Positions 1 through 7,726 of a stretch of DNA of 32,000 bases are shown here, one piece after another. Source of the DNA: Schaalia odontolytica (lineage in GTDB: Bacteria > Actinomycetota > Actinomycetes > Actinomycetales > Actinomycetaceae); the NCBI RefSeq assembly GCF_005696695.1, contig NZ_CP040006.1, forward strand, positions 600,001 through 632,000, in the 5' to 3' direction. How positions within the stretch are numbered: the stretch's first letter is position 1; every line of letters starts with the position of its first letter. The notes under the pieces were generated by a model. The model worked only from the letters and a program-made list of their open reading frames with translations, was not told the origin of the DNA and searched no databases. A program made the position numbers and the translations under genes.

Positions 1-374
1 AGACCCTGCTGTCGGCCGGCGTCTCGCGCACACTCTCCCGGCTGGGGCATGCACTTACTGACGAGGGCATGGGTGAGCAAGTGCGGACGGCGCACGCTGC
101 AGACCGCGTCCTCACGGACATCCTCCAGGATGCCGCCGGCGACAGCGACGACGATGGCCACGGCACCGTCGACATGAGCGAGGAGGAGGTTGAGCGTTCC
201 TTCACGCGCGACCAGATCCGTGAACTGGCGCTGGAGGCCATTCACGCCCAGCGCGACGCCCTCCTGCAGGCCCGCGACGAAGGCATCTTCTCCTCGGCCG
301 CCCTGGAAGGCGCGCTCGCGCGACTCGACAACGAGGAAATCCTCCTGGTCTCGAGCAGCGGCGTCGGCCACTGA
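1..374 (+). CDS. 3' end of a cation:proton (Na+/H+) antiporter-like gene; 5' part lies outside the window
   Basis: Frame 3 is open from nt 3 (TLLSAGVSRTLSRLGHALTDEG...) to TGA 372-374, so the listed 69..374 ORF is only the tail of a longer gene. The helical acidic tail RDQIRELALEAIHAQRDALLQARDEGIFSSAALEGALARLDNEE resembles the cytoplasmic C-terminus of actinobacterial CPA1 Na+/H+ antiporters. This is recognition from memory only. Confidence 0.4.
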   Translation, partial: TLLSAGVSRTLSRLGHALTDEGMGEQVRTAHAADRVLTDILQDAAGDSDDDGHGTVDMSEEEVERSFTRDQIRELALEAIHAQRDALLQARDEGIFSSAALEGALARLDNEEILLVSSSGVGH

Positions 375-388
375 CCCCGGGGAGGGCG

Positions 389-961
389 TTAAACCGTCGT
401 CACCCGCGACGCGTACGCCGGGTCGTCGGTCACCGAATTGAGCGCCTCCTCCAGGCGCTGTGGGCTCACGATCCCGTCGCGCGCCAGGACCCGGTAGGTC
501 TGGTCGGCCTCGTGCGTGAGCATGTTCGTCACCGTAAAACCGTTGCGCTCGTAGAACTTCAGGCGACGCACGCGCTGCTGGTAGTTCCCGGCCTCGCGCA
601 CGACCGGCTCGATCTCGAGCAGCTGCGGCACGTCGCCGTAGCGCTCGCGGAAGTGGGTGAGGATGCGCGAGCCGTAGCCCGCGCTGCGCGTGCGCCCGTC
701 CACCGCGAGGAAACCCAGGTAGAACAGGTCGGGGAAGGCGAAGGAGAAGGTCAGGGCGACCACGTTGCCAGCCCCGTCCTCGCCCGCGGGCAGGGACGGA
801 TCGATCCACGCGAGGAAGGAGACCTGGTCCAACTGCGCGCTGTTCAACAACTCAGGGAGGGGGATCTGCTCCTCGGGCGGGAAGGAACGCTCGTAGATTT
901 CCTTGACTTTGTCAGTAATCGGCCCTTCGTTGGGCACGGGAATCTGGGTGAGGTCGGTCAT
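389..961 (-). CDS. GNAT family N-acetyltransferase
   Basis: 190-aa ORF with high GC3. It has an acetyl-CoA binding motif-A-like segment, FLAVDGRTRSAGYGSRIL, and a C-terminal KFYERNGF typical of GNAT folds. It is convergent with the upstream gene, 14 nt apart. Confidence 0.8.
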   Translation of the reverse strand: MTDLTQIPVPNEGPITDKVKEIYERSFPPEEQIPLPELLNSAQLDQVSFLAWIDPSLPAGEDGAGNVVALTFSFAFPDLFYLGFLAVDGRTRSAGYGSRILTHFRERYGDVPQLLEIEPVVREAGNYQQRVRRLKFYERNGFTVTNMLTHEADQTYRVLARDGIVSPQRLEEALNSVTDDPAYASRVTTV

Positions 962-1179
962 GGGATCAGTCTAGCCGCTCGGTTGTCCGCGCCCCTAGAG
1001 GCTGTTCGATGAACGAGGCCCGGGCTGGGTTTTGGGGCCCGCGATGTGACGCGGGAGATACGACTTCAGGGGCTTGTCAGGGGACGATCAGGGGTCAGTC
1101 AGTGAACACCGGCGGTCTTGGGCGATGGTCGCTCGCCTAGACTTGTATGCGGATTCAACAGCAGATGTGAGGATGAAGC

Positions 1180-4100
1180 GTGCTAGAGCTCAAGGAGATC
1201 GTCAAGGCCTATCAGACCGCCAACCTCGTGCAGGTGGCGCTCAACAAGGTCTCCGTGGCGTTCCGAGACAACGAGTTTGTGGCCGTGCTGGGCCAGTCAG
1301 GCTCCGGCAAGACGACGATGCTCAACGTCATCGGCGGCCTCGACCGCTTCCAGAGCGGCGACCTCGTCATCGACGGCATTTCGACGAAGGACTACAAGGC
1401 CCGCGACTGGGACGCCTACCGCAACAACCGCATCGGCTTCGTCTTCCAGGCCTACAACCTGATCCCGCACCAGAGTGTCCTGGCCAACGTCGAGCTGGCC
1501 CTGACCCTGTCGGGCGTCTCGCGCTCCGAGCGTCGCAAGCGCGCCCTTGACGCTCTTGAACGTGTCGGCCTGAAGGACCACGTCAACAAGAAGCCCTCGC
1601 AGATGTCGGGTGGCCAGATGCAGCGCGTCGCCATCGCGCGAGCCCTCATCAATGACCCCGAGATCCTGCTGGCCGACGAGCCCACCGGCGCCCTCGACTC
1701 CAAGACGAGCGTGCAGGTCATGGACCTGCTGCGAGATGTGGCCCGCGACCGCCTCGTCATCATGGTGACGCATAACCCCGAGCTGGCCCACGAGTACGCG
1801 ACCCGCATCGTTGAGCTGGCCGACGGCTGCATCGTCGCCGACTCTGATCCTTTCGTGCCCACCGCGCAAGACCGGCGCGAAGCCAAGCCCGCGCGCCGCA
1901 CCTCGATGGGCTTTTTGACGGCCCTGTCGCTGTCGGCCAACAACCTGATGACGAAGAAGGGACGCACCCTCATGACCTCCTTCGCGGGGTCCATCGGCAT
2001 CATCGGCATCGCCGCGATCCTCGCGCTGGCCAACGGCACCAACGCCTACATCGCAAAAACCGAAGAGGAGACGCTGGGCGCGTATCCGCTGACGATCCAG
2101 AAAACCGGTATCGACATGACGGCCGCGCTGTCCGTGTCGGCCTCGGACTCCAAAGACTCCCAGCCTGCGCCCGACGGCAAGGTCGGTGTCTCCAAGCTGC
2201 GCACCTTCGCCGACACGATCCGCGACGCGAAGACCAACGACCTGGCCTCCCTCAAGACCTACCTGGACAACAACGGCGGCGACATTAACACGATGGTCAA
2301 CGCGATCGAGTACGACTACGACATCGTCCCGCAGATCTACCAGTCCGACACGTCCAAGGCGACCGTGCAGGTCAGCCCCGACCAGTCGATGAAGCAGATG
2401 GAAGCGGGTTTCGGCTCCGGGGCCTTCTCTTCAATGATGGTCACCAATCCCTTCTACCAGATGCCCGCCACGACCTCGCTGTACACCTCCGCGTACGACG
2501 TGGTCGCCGGCTCCTGGCCGAGTGGCGCGAACCAGGTTGTCCTGGTCTTGGACGAGGATGGCAACATCCCCAACCTCTTCGAATACACCCTGGGTCTCAA
2601 AGACCACAAGGAATTCGACGACCTCATGCGCCAGTACTACCAGGGCGCCCTGGGGGATAAGAAGCAGTCCGGGACGCAGTCGGGCGCGCAGTCCGGGGCC
2701 AGTACCGCGACCTACGACTACTCCGCGATCCTGGGCACGACCTTCCGGCGCGTCAACGCCTTCGACAAGTACACGTGGGACGACACCTACAAGGTCTGGA
2801 CGGACCGCTCCTCCGACGCGGACTACATGAAGAAGCTCGTGGACGGCGGGCAGCAGCTGACGATCTCCGGCATCGTCAAGCCCAACTCCGACAAGGGCGG
2901 TGCCCTGCGCCAGGGCATCGCCTACACGCCCGCCCTGACCTACCAGATCATCGAGGAGGCGGCGGCCAGCCCGATCGTTAAGGCCCAACGCGCCAAGCCC
3001 GACGTCGATGTGTTCACCGGCAAGACCTTCAAGGAGCTGGCTGACAACCAGAAGAGCCAGTCCGGCGGCTTCGACATGTCCTCCCTGTTCACGGTGGACG
3101 AGTCCAAGCTCTCCGCTGCCTTCCAGATCGACCCCAGCAAGATGCAGATGGACCTGTCGGGCCTGGACTTTTCCGGCATGGACCTGTCCGGCCTCGATTT
3201 TTCCAACCTCGATATGTCGGGCATGGATCTGTCGAACATCGACCTGTCGGCCCTTGCCGCCCAGTCCGGCGCCCAGTCCGGCATGACCTTCGACCTGTCC
3301 GGCCTCGACTTCGGGGAGCTGAGCAAGGACCTGCCGCAGCTGGCCAACGTCGACTTCCAGACGATCATCCGCTCCGCCCTGGCCGACGGTGCCGTCAAGG
3401 ACGGTGCAGCCGACTACCTGAGCGCACAAGCCTCCCAGATCGCCCAGGGCTTCCAGGACTACGCCCGCGAGCAGATTGAGGCGGGCGGCACGACGGACTT
3501 CGCGACCCTGGCTTCGGCGTACTTCTCTCAGCCCGAGGTGCTCGAGCAGCTGCGAGCGGCCGTCTCCTCGGACAAGGTCGTCGACTCCGACAAGCTCGCC
3601 GCGAACCTGACGAAGGCCCTCGGGGACGACCCGGCCCTGGCCCAGATCGGCACCGACGTCTCCACTCAGGTCATGAACGCGATCTCCGCGCAGATCGCCG
3701 CCCAGCTGGGTCGCACTCTTACCCAGGGCGTGAGTGCCGTCATCGGTCAGGTCATGCAGGAAGCCATGACGAACGCGATGACCTCGATGATGACGCAGCT
3801 GTCGACCGCGATCGGCGACCAGATCGGCGCGACCATGGAGCAGTTCGCCACCAACATGTCCAGCGCTTTCTCCATGGACCCGCAGGCTTTCGCCGACGCT
3901 TTCCACTCCAACCTGGACGAGAAGTCCCTCGCGGCCCTCATGGCGACCATGTTCTCCACGAACGTGCCGACGTTGGAGACGAACCTGAGGAACCTGGGGT
4001 GGGCGGACATCGCGTCCCCGTCGAACATTTCGATCTACCCCAAGTCCTTCGCGGACAAGGACAAGGTGAAGGCCGCCCTGGACGCCTACAACGCCGACAA

Positions 4101-4590
4101 CAAGGCGGCGGGCGCGACAGATAAGGTCATCACCTACTCCGACGTCATGGGCGCGCTCATGAGCTCGGTGACCAAGATCGTCGACATCATCTCCTGGCTG
4201 CTCATCGCCTTCGTGTCGATCTCTCTCGTGGTCTCCTCGATCATGATCTCGATCATCACCTACATTTCGGTCCTCGAGCGCCGCAAGGAGATCGGCATCC
4301 TGCGCTCAATCGGTGCCTCGAAGGGCGACGTGTCCCGCGTGTTCAACGCCGAGACCGTCATCGAAGGCCTCTTGGCGGGCCTGATCGGCGTGGGCGTCAC
4401 CTACGGGCTGTGTGCGGTTGCAAACGGCATCGCGTACTCCTCGTTCAACGTGGAGAACATTGCCCAGCTCTCGCCGCTCACGGCCCTCACACTCATCGCG
4501 GTGTCCGTCGGCCTCACCGTGATTGCGGGCGTCATCCCGGCCTCGCGTGCTTCGCGCCAGGACCCGGTCGAAGCCCTGCGCTCCGAGTGA
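1180..4590 (+). CDS. Fused ABC transporter ATP-binding / FtsX-type permease protein (MacB-like) with a very large extracytoplasmic domain
   Basis: GTG 1180 follows GAGGATGAAG. The N-terminal ATPase has Walker A GQSGSGKTT, signature SGGQMQR and Walker B LLADEPT. A TM helix lies at about aa 265-290 (SFAGSIGIIGIAAILALA), followed by a ~650-aa ectodomain. The C-terminal FtsX-like 3-TM module contains ERRKEIGILRSIGASKGDV. Total 1136 aa. Confidence 0.9.
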   Translation: MLELKEIVKAYQTANLVQVALNKVSVAFRDNEFVAVLGQSGSGKTTMLNVIGGLDRFQSGDLVIDGISTKDYKARDWDAYRNNRIGFVFQAYNLIPHQSVLANVELALTLSGVSRSERRKRALDALERVGLKDHVNKKPSQMSGGQMQRVAIARALINDPEILLADEPTGALDSKTSVQVMDLLRDVARDRLVIMVTHNPELAHEYATRIVELADGCIVADSDPFVPTAQDRREAKPARRTSMGFLTALSLSANNLMTKKGRTLMTSFAGSIGIIGIAAILALANGTNAYIAKTEEETLGAYPLTIQKTGIDMTAALSVSASDSKDSQPAPDGKVGVSKLRTFADTIRDAKTNDLASLKTYLDNNGGDINTMVNAIEYDYDIVPQIYQSDTSKATVQVSPDQSMKQMEAGFGSGAFSSMMVTNPFYQMPATTSLYTSAYDVVAGSWPSGANQVVLVLDEDGNIPNLFEYTLGLKDHKEFDDLMRQYYQGALGDKKQSGTQSGAQSGASTATYDYSAILGTTFRRVNAFDKYTWDDTYKVWTDRSSDADYMKKLVDGGQQLTISGIVKPNSDKGGALRQGIAYTPALTYQIIEEAAASPIVKAQRAKPDVDVFTGKTFKELADNQKSQSGGFDMSSLFTVDESKLSAAFQIDPSKMQMDLSGLDFSGMDLSGLDFSNLDMSGMDLSNIDLSALAAQSGAQSGMTFDLSGLDFGELSKDLPQLANVDFQTIIRSALADGAVKDGAADYLSAQASQIAQGFQDYAREQIEAGGTTDFATLASAYFSQPEVLEQLRAAVSSDKVVDSDKLAANLTKALGDDPALAQIGTDVSTQVMNAISAQIAAQLGRTLTQGVSAVIGQVMQEAMTNAMTSMMTQLSTAIGDQIGATMEQFATNMSSAFSMDPQAFADAFHSNLDEKSLAALMATMFSTNVPTLETNLRNLGWADIASPSNISIYPKSFADKDKVKAALDAYNADNKAAGATDKVITYSDVMGALMSSVTKIVDIISWLLIAFVSISLVVSSIMISIITYISVLERRKEIGILRSIGASKGDVSRVFNAETVIEGLLAGLIGVGVTYGLCAVANGIAYSSFNVENIAQLSPLTALTLIAVSVGLTVIAGVIPASRASRQDPVEALRSE

Positions 4591-4597
4591 TGCACGT

Positions 4598-4624
4598 GGC
4601 CTCGTCCCACCTCGGGACGAGGCC
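4598..4624 (+). terminator. Hairpin downstream of the ABC transporter gene
   Basis: GGCCTCGTCCC (4598-4608) pairs with GGGACGAGGCC (4614-4624), an 11-bp GC-rich stem with a 5-nt loop, starting 8 nt after the stop. There is no U-tract, which is common in high-GC actinobacteria. Confidence 0.5.
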
Positions 4625-4704
4625 GTGGCGCATCCACAGGGCACGTGCGGCTGCGCTAACCTGGGAGTAACGCTTGTCGTAATAGCCGCGAGGAAAGAGG
4701 AATC

Positions 4705-5289
4705 ATGCCCACTCCCGAGAAGCTTGCCACCGACGCCACCGTCGCCATCATGCTGGCCGACGGCTTCGAAGAGGTCGAGGCCCTGGCCGTCGCCGACGTC
4801 CTGTACCGCGCCGGCGTGCGCTCCGACCTGATCTCCGTGACCGACGCCCGCCACGTGACCAGCTCGCACGGCATCCGCGTCGTCGCCGATCTCATGCTCG
4901 AGGACGTGGACCTGTCCACCTACACCGTCCTCTTCCTGCCCGGCGGCATGCCCGGCACCCTGAACCTGAAGGCCACGCCCGCGATCCAGGCCGAGGTGCT
5001 GCGCCGCTCAGACGAGTCCCAGCCCATCGCAGCGATTTGCGCGGCCCCCTCGATCCTGTCCGAGCTGGGCATCCTCGACGGCCGCCACGCGACCGCGAAC
5101 CCCGCGTTCGTTAAGGCCATCGCTGAGGGTGGCGCGATCGTCCACGAGAACCCGGTCGTCGTCGACGAGCAGATCATCACCAGCCGCGGCGCCGGCACCT
5201 CCCTGGAGCTCGGCCTCGAGATCGTTCGTCTCCTCCTCGGCGACGAGGTCGTTGACGAGGTCGCCCGCGGCGTCGTGCTCGCCCGCTGA
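4705..5289 (+). CDS. DJ-1/PfpI (ThiJ) family protein
   Basis: ATG 4705 follows GGAAAGAGGAATC. The sequence shows FEEVEAL..DVL.RAG, LPGGMPG and the nucleophile-elbow AAICAAP characteristic of DJ-1/YajL-type proteins. 194 aa. Confidence 0.85.
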   Translation: MPTPEKLATDATVAIMLADGFEEVEALAVADVLYRAGVRSDLISVTDARHVTSSHGIRVVADLMLEDVDLSTYTVLFLPGGMPGTLNLKATPAIQAEVLRRSDESQPIAAICAAPSILSELGILDGRHATANPAFVKAIAEGGAIVHENPVVVDEQIITSRGAGTSLELGLEIVRLLLGDEVVDEVARGVVLAR

Positions 5290-5338
5290 CGCGCGCCCGC
5301 CTCGTTCCCGTCCCTCCCCGAAAGGTCACTGCCCTCGC

Positions 5339-6250
5339 ATGAGCCCGCGTAAGCCTCGTCCCTGGCCCGACGCGCCCGCGCCCCTGGCGGCGCCCGTGGT
5401 AGACAACCACACGCACCTGCCCACCCACGTCGGCGAGATCCCCCGGCGCGAGGGCGTGGCGCTCAGCCTCGAGGAACAGCTGGATCGTGCCCGCGAGGTG
5501 GGCGTCACTCGGATGATCTCGAGCGCCTGCGAGCTGCCCGACTTCGATCCGATGATCGAGCTGGCGCGCGCTCACGAGGGCGTGCGCGTCGCGATCGCGA
5601 TCCACCCCAACGATGCGGCGCTGCACGCGGGCTGCGCGGATCCTTCGCCCGACGGTCTGGTCCCCGTTGTGCGTGACTACCACGTGCCCCTCGACGAGGC
5701 CCTGGCCGCCGTCGAGGCTCGGCTGGACGATCCGATGGTCGTCGCGGTGGGGGAGAGCGGCCTGGATTATTTCCGCACCGCCGACCCGGGCCGCGAGGCG
5801 CAGAAGGAATCCTTCCGCGCGCACATCGACATGGCGCAGCGCGCCGGCCTGCCCCTGCAGATCCACGACCGCGACGCCCACGAGGACACCCTCGCGATTC
5901 TCGGCGAGCGCGCGAGCGCGGACCAGCGCATCGTCTTCCACTGCTACTCGGGGGACGCGGCGATGGCCGAGCGCCTCGCCGAGCGCGGATGGTACGCCTC
6001 CTTCGCCGGCCCTATTACCTACCCCGCGAACTCCGACCTGCGCGCCGCGCTCGCGGTCCTTCCGCGCGAGCTCGTCCTGGTCGAGACCGACGCCCCGTAC
6101 CTGACGCCCGTGCCGTGGCGTGGCTGTCCCAACGCCTCGTACGTCATGGCGCACACCGTGCGTTTCATTGCGGATCAGTGGGGCGTCAGCGAGGCGGCGG
6201 CGTGCGACCAGCTGCGGGCGAACACCGAGGCGGTCTACGGCACCTGGTGA
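5339..6250 (+). CDS. tatD: TatD family metal-dependent hydrolase/DNase
   Basis: The internal ATG 5339 is chosen. The 5129 start would overlap DJ-1 and encodes Arg/Ser/Pro junk. The metal-binding N-terminus is VVDNHTHL, with later motifs AVGESGLDY, PLQIHDRDAHEDT, VFHCYSG and VETDAPYL. Its position upstream of an rpfB-like gene matches the mycobacterial arrangement. Confidence 0.85.
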   Translation: MSPRKPRPWPDAPAPLAAPVVDNHTHLPTHVGEIPRREGVALSLEEQLDRAREVGVTRMISSACELPDFDPMIELARAHEGVRVAIAIHPNDAALHAGCADPSPDGLVPVVRDYHVPLDEALAAVEARLDDPMVVAVGESGLDYFRTADPGREAQKESFRAHIDMAQRAGLPLQIHDRDAHEDTLAILGERASADQRIVFHCYSGDAAMAERLAERGWYASFAGPITYPANSDLRAALAVLPRELVLVETDAPYLTPVPWRGCPNASYVMAHTVRFIADQWGVSEAAACDQLRANTEAVYGTW

Positions 6251-6469
6251 GGGTATCTCTCCTGTGATGAGCGCGGGTTATCGGGCTTCGCGCGACCTTT
6301 CTGCGCGCGTTCTCTGACTGGTGAATTGCGTCAAAGTGGTCGCGCGACGGTAACAAATTGGTTACGGTGGGAGTGTCAGTCCGAATTGGCCTGCCCGTCT
6401 GATGCGCCCGCAGTCCGCGGGGATGCGTTGGCGCGGCCCCGAAACGGAACCTACAAAGTCTGGAGACAC

Positions 6470-7630
6470 GTGAGCTTTCAGCCCTCTCGTACAACCGTCA
6501 TTTCCGTCGCAGCCGCGACGGCCCTTGTCGTGGCCGGCACCGCGGCCACTGCCATTGGTACCTCCTATCGCCACGTCACCGTCGAAGTTGACGGCGTGCC
6601 CCACGATGTCTCAGGCTTCTTCACGACCGCCGGCGATGCTCTGCACAGCGCGGGCGTGACCGTCGGCGACCACGACCTCGTCGCCCCCGCCTCCAACCAG
6701 ACCGTCGCGAGCGGTGACACCGTCGTCGTGCGCACCGCGACCGAGTACGACGTGACGGTTGACGGCAACCAGACCACGGCGTGGTCCACGGCCTCGTCGA
6801 TTTCCGGCGTGCTCTCGGCCCTGCCGGCCTCCGCCGCGTCCATGGCGGCCGACCGCTCCTACACCCGCGCCGAGATGCCCGTCGCCGAGGCCGGCCAGAC
6901 CGTCCACGTCGTCGCCGACGGCACCACGACGGACGTCGTCGTCTCCTCCGACGAGGGCACGACCGCGATCCTCGAGAAGGCCGGTGTCAGCGCCGGTCCG
7001 ATCGACCGTGTGACCATGGAGCACAACGGCGGCGAGGCCACCCTGCGCGTTGCGCGCGTCGTGCGTGGCACCGTCTCTTCCACGACCGAGATCCCGTACG
7101 AGACCGAAGAGCGTGAGGACGCCGAGGCCGAAGAGGGTACCGAGAAGACCGTGCAGGAAGGCGTGGCCGGCTCCGAGGTGACCGAGACCTACCAGGAGAC
7201 CATCGACGGCAACGTCACCGTCTCCGCCGTCCTGTCCACGACCCGCACCGAGCCCACCAAGCGCATCGTCTCCAAGGGCACGAAGGCGAAGAAGGCCGAG
7301 GATACCTCGTCCAGCTCGTCGTCCTCGTCCGCTTCTTCGGGCTCCTCCTCGTCTGGTTCGTCTGCTTCTGCTCCCGCCGCCGTCTCTGGCGACGACGCTT
7401 CGATCTGGGCTGCCATCGCCCAGTGCGAGTCCGGCGGCAACCCGTCGATCAACACGGGCAACGGCTACTACGGCATGTACCAGTTCTCTCTGCCGACGTG
7501 GCGTTCCGTGGGCGGCTCCGGCCTGCCCTCCGACGCCTCCGTGGAGGAGCAGACCATGCGTGCGCGCATGCTCCAGCAGCGCTCCGGTTGGGGCCAGTGG
7601 GGCTGCGCCTACAAGCTGGGCCTCGTCTGA
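6470..7630 (+). CDS. rpfB: RpfB-like resuscitation-promoting factor (membrane anchor, DUF348 repeats, G5, Rpf transglycosylase-like domain)
   Basis: GTG 6470 is followed by an anchor segment, TTVISVAAATALVVAGTAATAIG. There are three DUF348-like repeats (VTVEVDGVPHDV, YDVTVDGNQTTA, VHVVADGTTTDV) and a G5-like segment (TEIPYETEE...VAGSEVTETYQETIDG). A poly-Ser linker precedes the C-terminal Rpf catalytic motif IWAAIAQCESGGNPSINTGNGYYGMYQFSLPTW. The start is uncertain (TTG 6326 is the longest option). Confidence 0.85.
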   Translation: MSFQPSRTTVISVAAATALVVAGTAATAIGTSYRHVTVEVDGVPHDVSGFFTTAGDALHSAGVTVGDHDLVAPASNQTVASGDTVVVRTATEYDVTVDGNQTTAWSTASSISGVLSALPASAASMAADRSYTRAEMPVAEAGQTVHVVADGTTTDVVVSSDEGTTAILEKAGVSAGPIDRVTMEHNGGEATLRVARVVRGTVSSTTEIPYETEEREDAEAEEGTEKTVQEGVAGSEVTETYQETIDGNVTVSAVLSTTRTEPTKRIVSKGTKAKKAEDTSSSSSSSSASSGSSSSGSSASAPAAVSGDDASIWAAIAQCESGGNPSINTGNGYYGMYQFSLPTWRSVGGSGLPSDASVEEQTMRARMLQQRSGWGQWGCAYKLGLV

Positions 7631-7640
7631 CGTGACATTG

Positions 7641-7676
7641 CACGCGGGCGCGGCCAGACCCTGGCGCGCCCGCGTG
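7641..7676 (+). terminator. Hairpin downstream of the rpfB-like gene
   Basis: CACGCGGGCGCG (7641-7652) pairs with CGCGCCCGCGTG (7665-7676), giving 12 bp, plus an inner CCAG/CTGG pairing. It starts 10 nt after the stop and has no U-tract. Confidence 0.5.
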
Positions 7677-7726
7677 CGTGCACGTTAAGCTGACCGGCAG
7701 TACCAATAGCGAGTAACTGGAGAATC

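Noticed and set aside
2431-3906. 491-aa minus-strand ORF antisense to the ABC transporter gene. Similar long antisense or overlapping ORFs occur at 7685..9142, 9771..10679, 9943..12039, 11184..13217, 14296..16086, 18879..20858, 21170..22177 and 22505..23560.
   Set aside because: These are typical high-GC shadow ORFs. They are Arg/Gly/Ala/Pro/His-rich with no recognisable motifs. Each fully overlaps a gene on the other strand that has clear family motifs and proper GC3 bias.
5129-5338. Extended N-terminal starts offered by the ORF track: TatD from 5129, the glycanase from 14074, the NDP-sugar pyrophosphorylase from 21705, the BMP lipoprotein from 23109, dapE from 25311 and the methyltransferase from 28448.
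   Set aside because: The extensions overlap upstream genes or terminators and encode low-complexity Arg/Ser/Pro sequence. Each has an internal start with a good Shine-Dalgarno sequence that begins exactly at the conserved domain or signal peptide.
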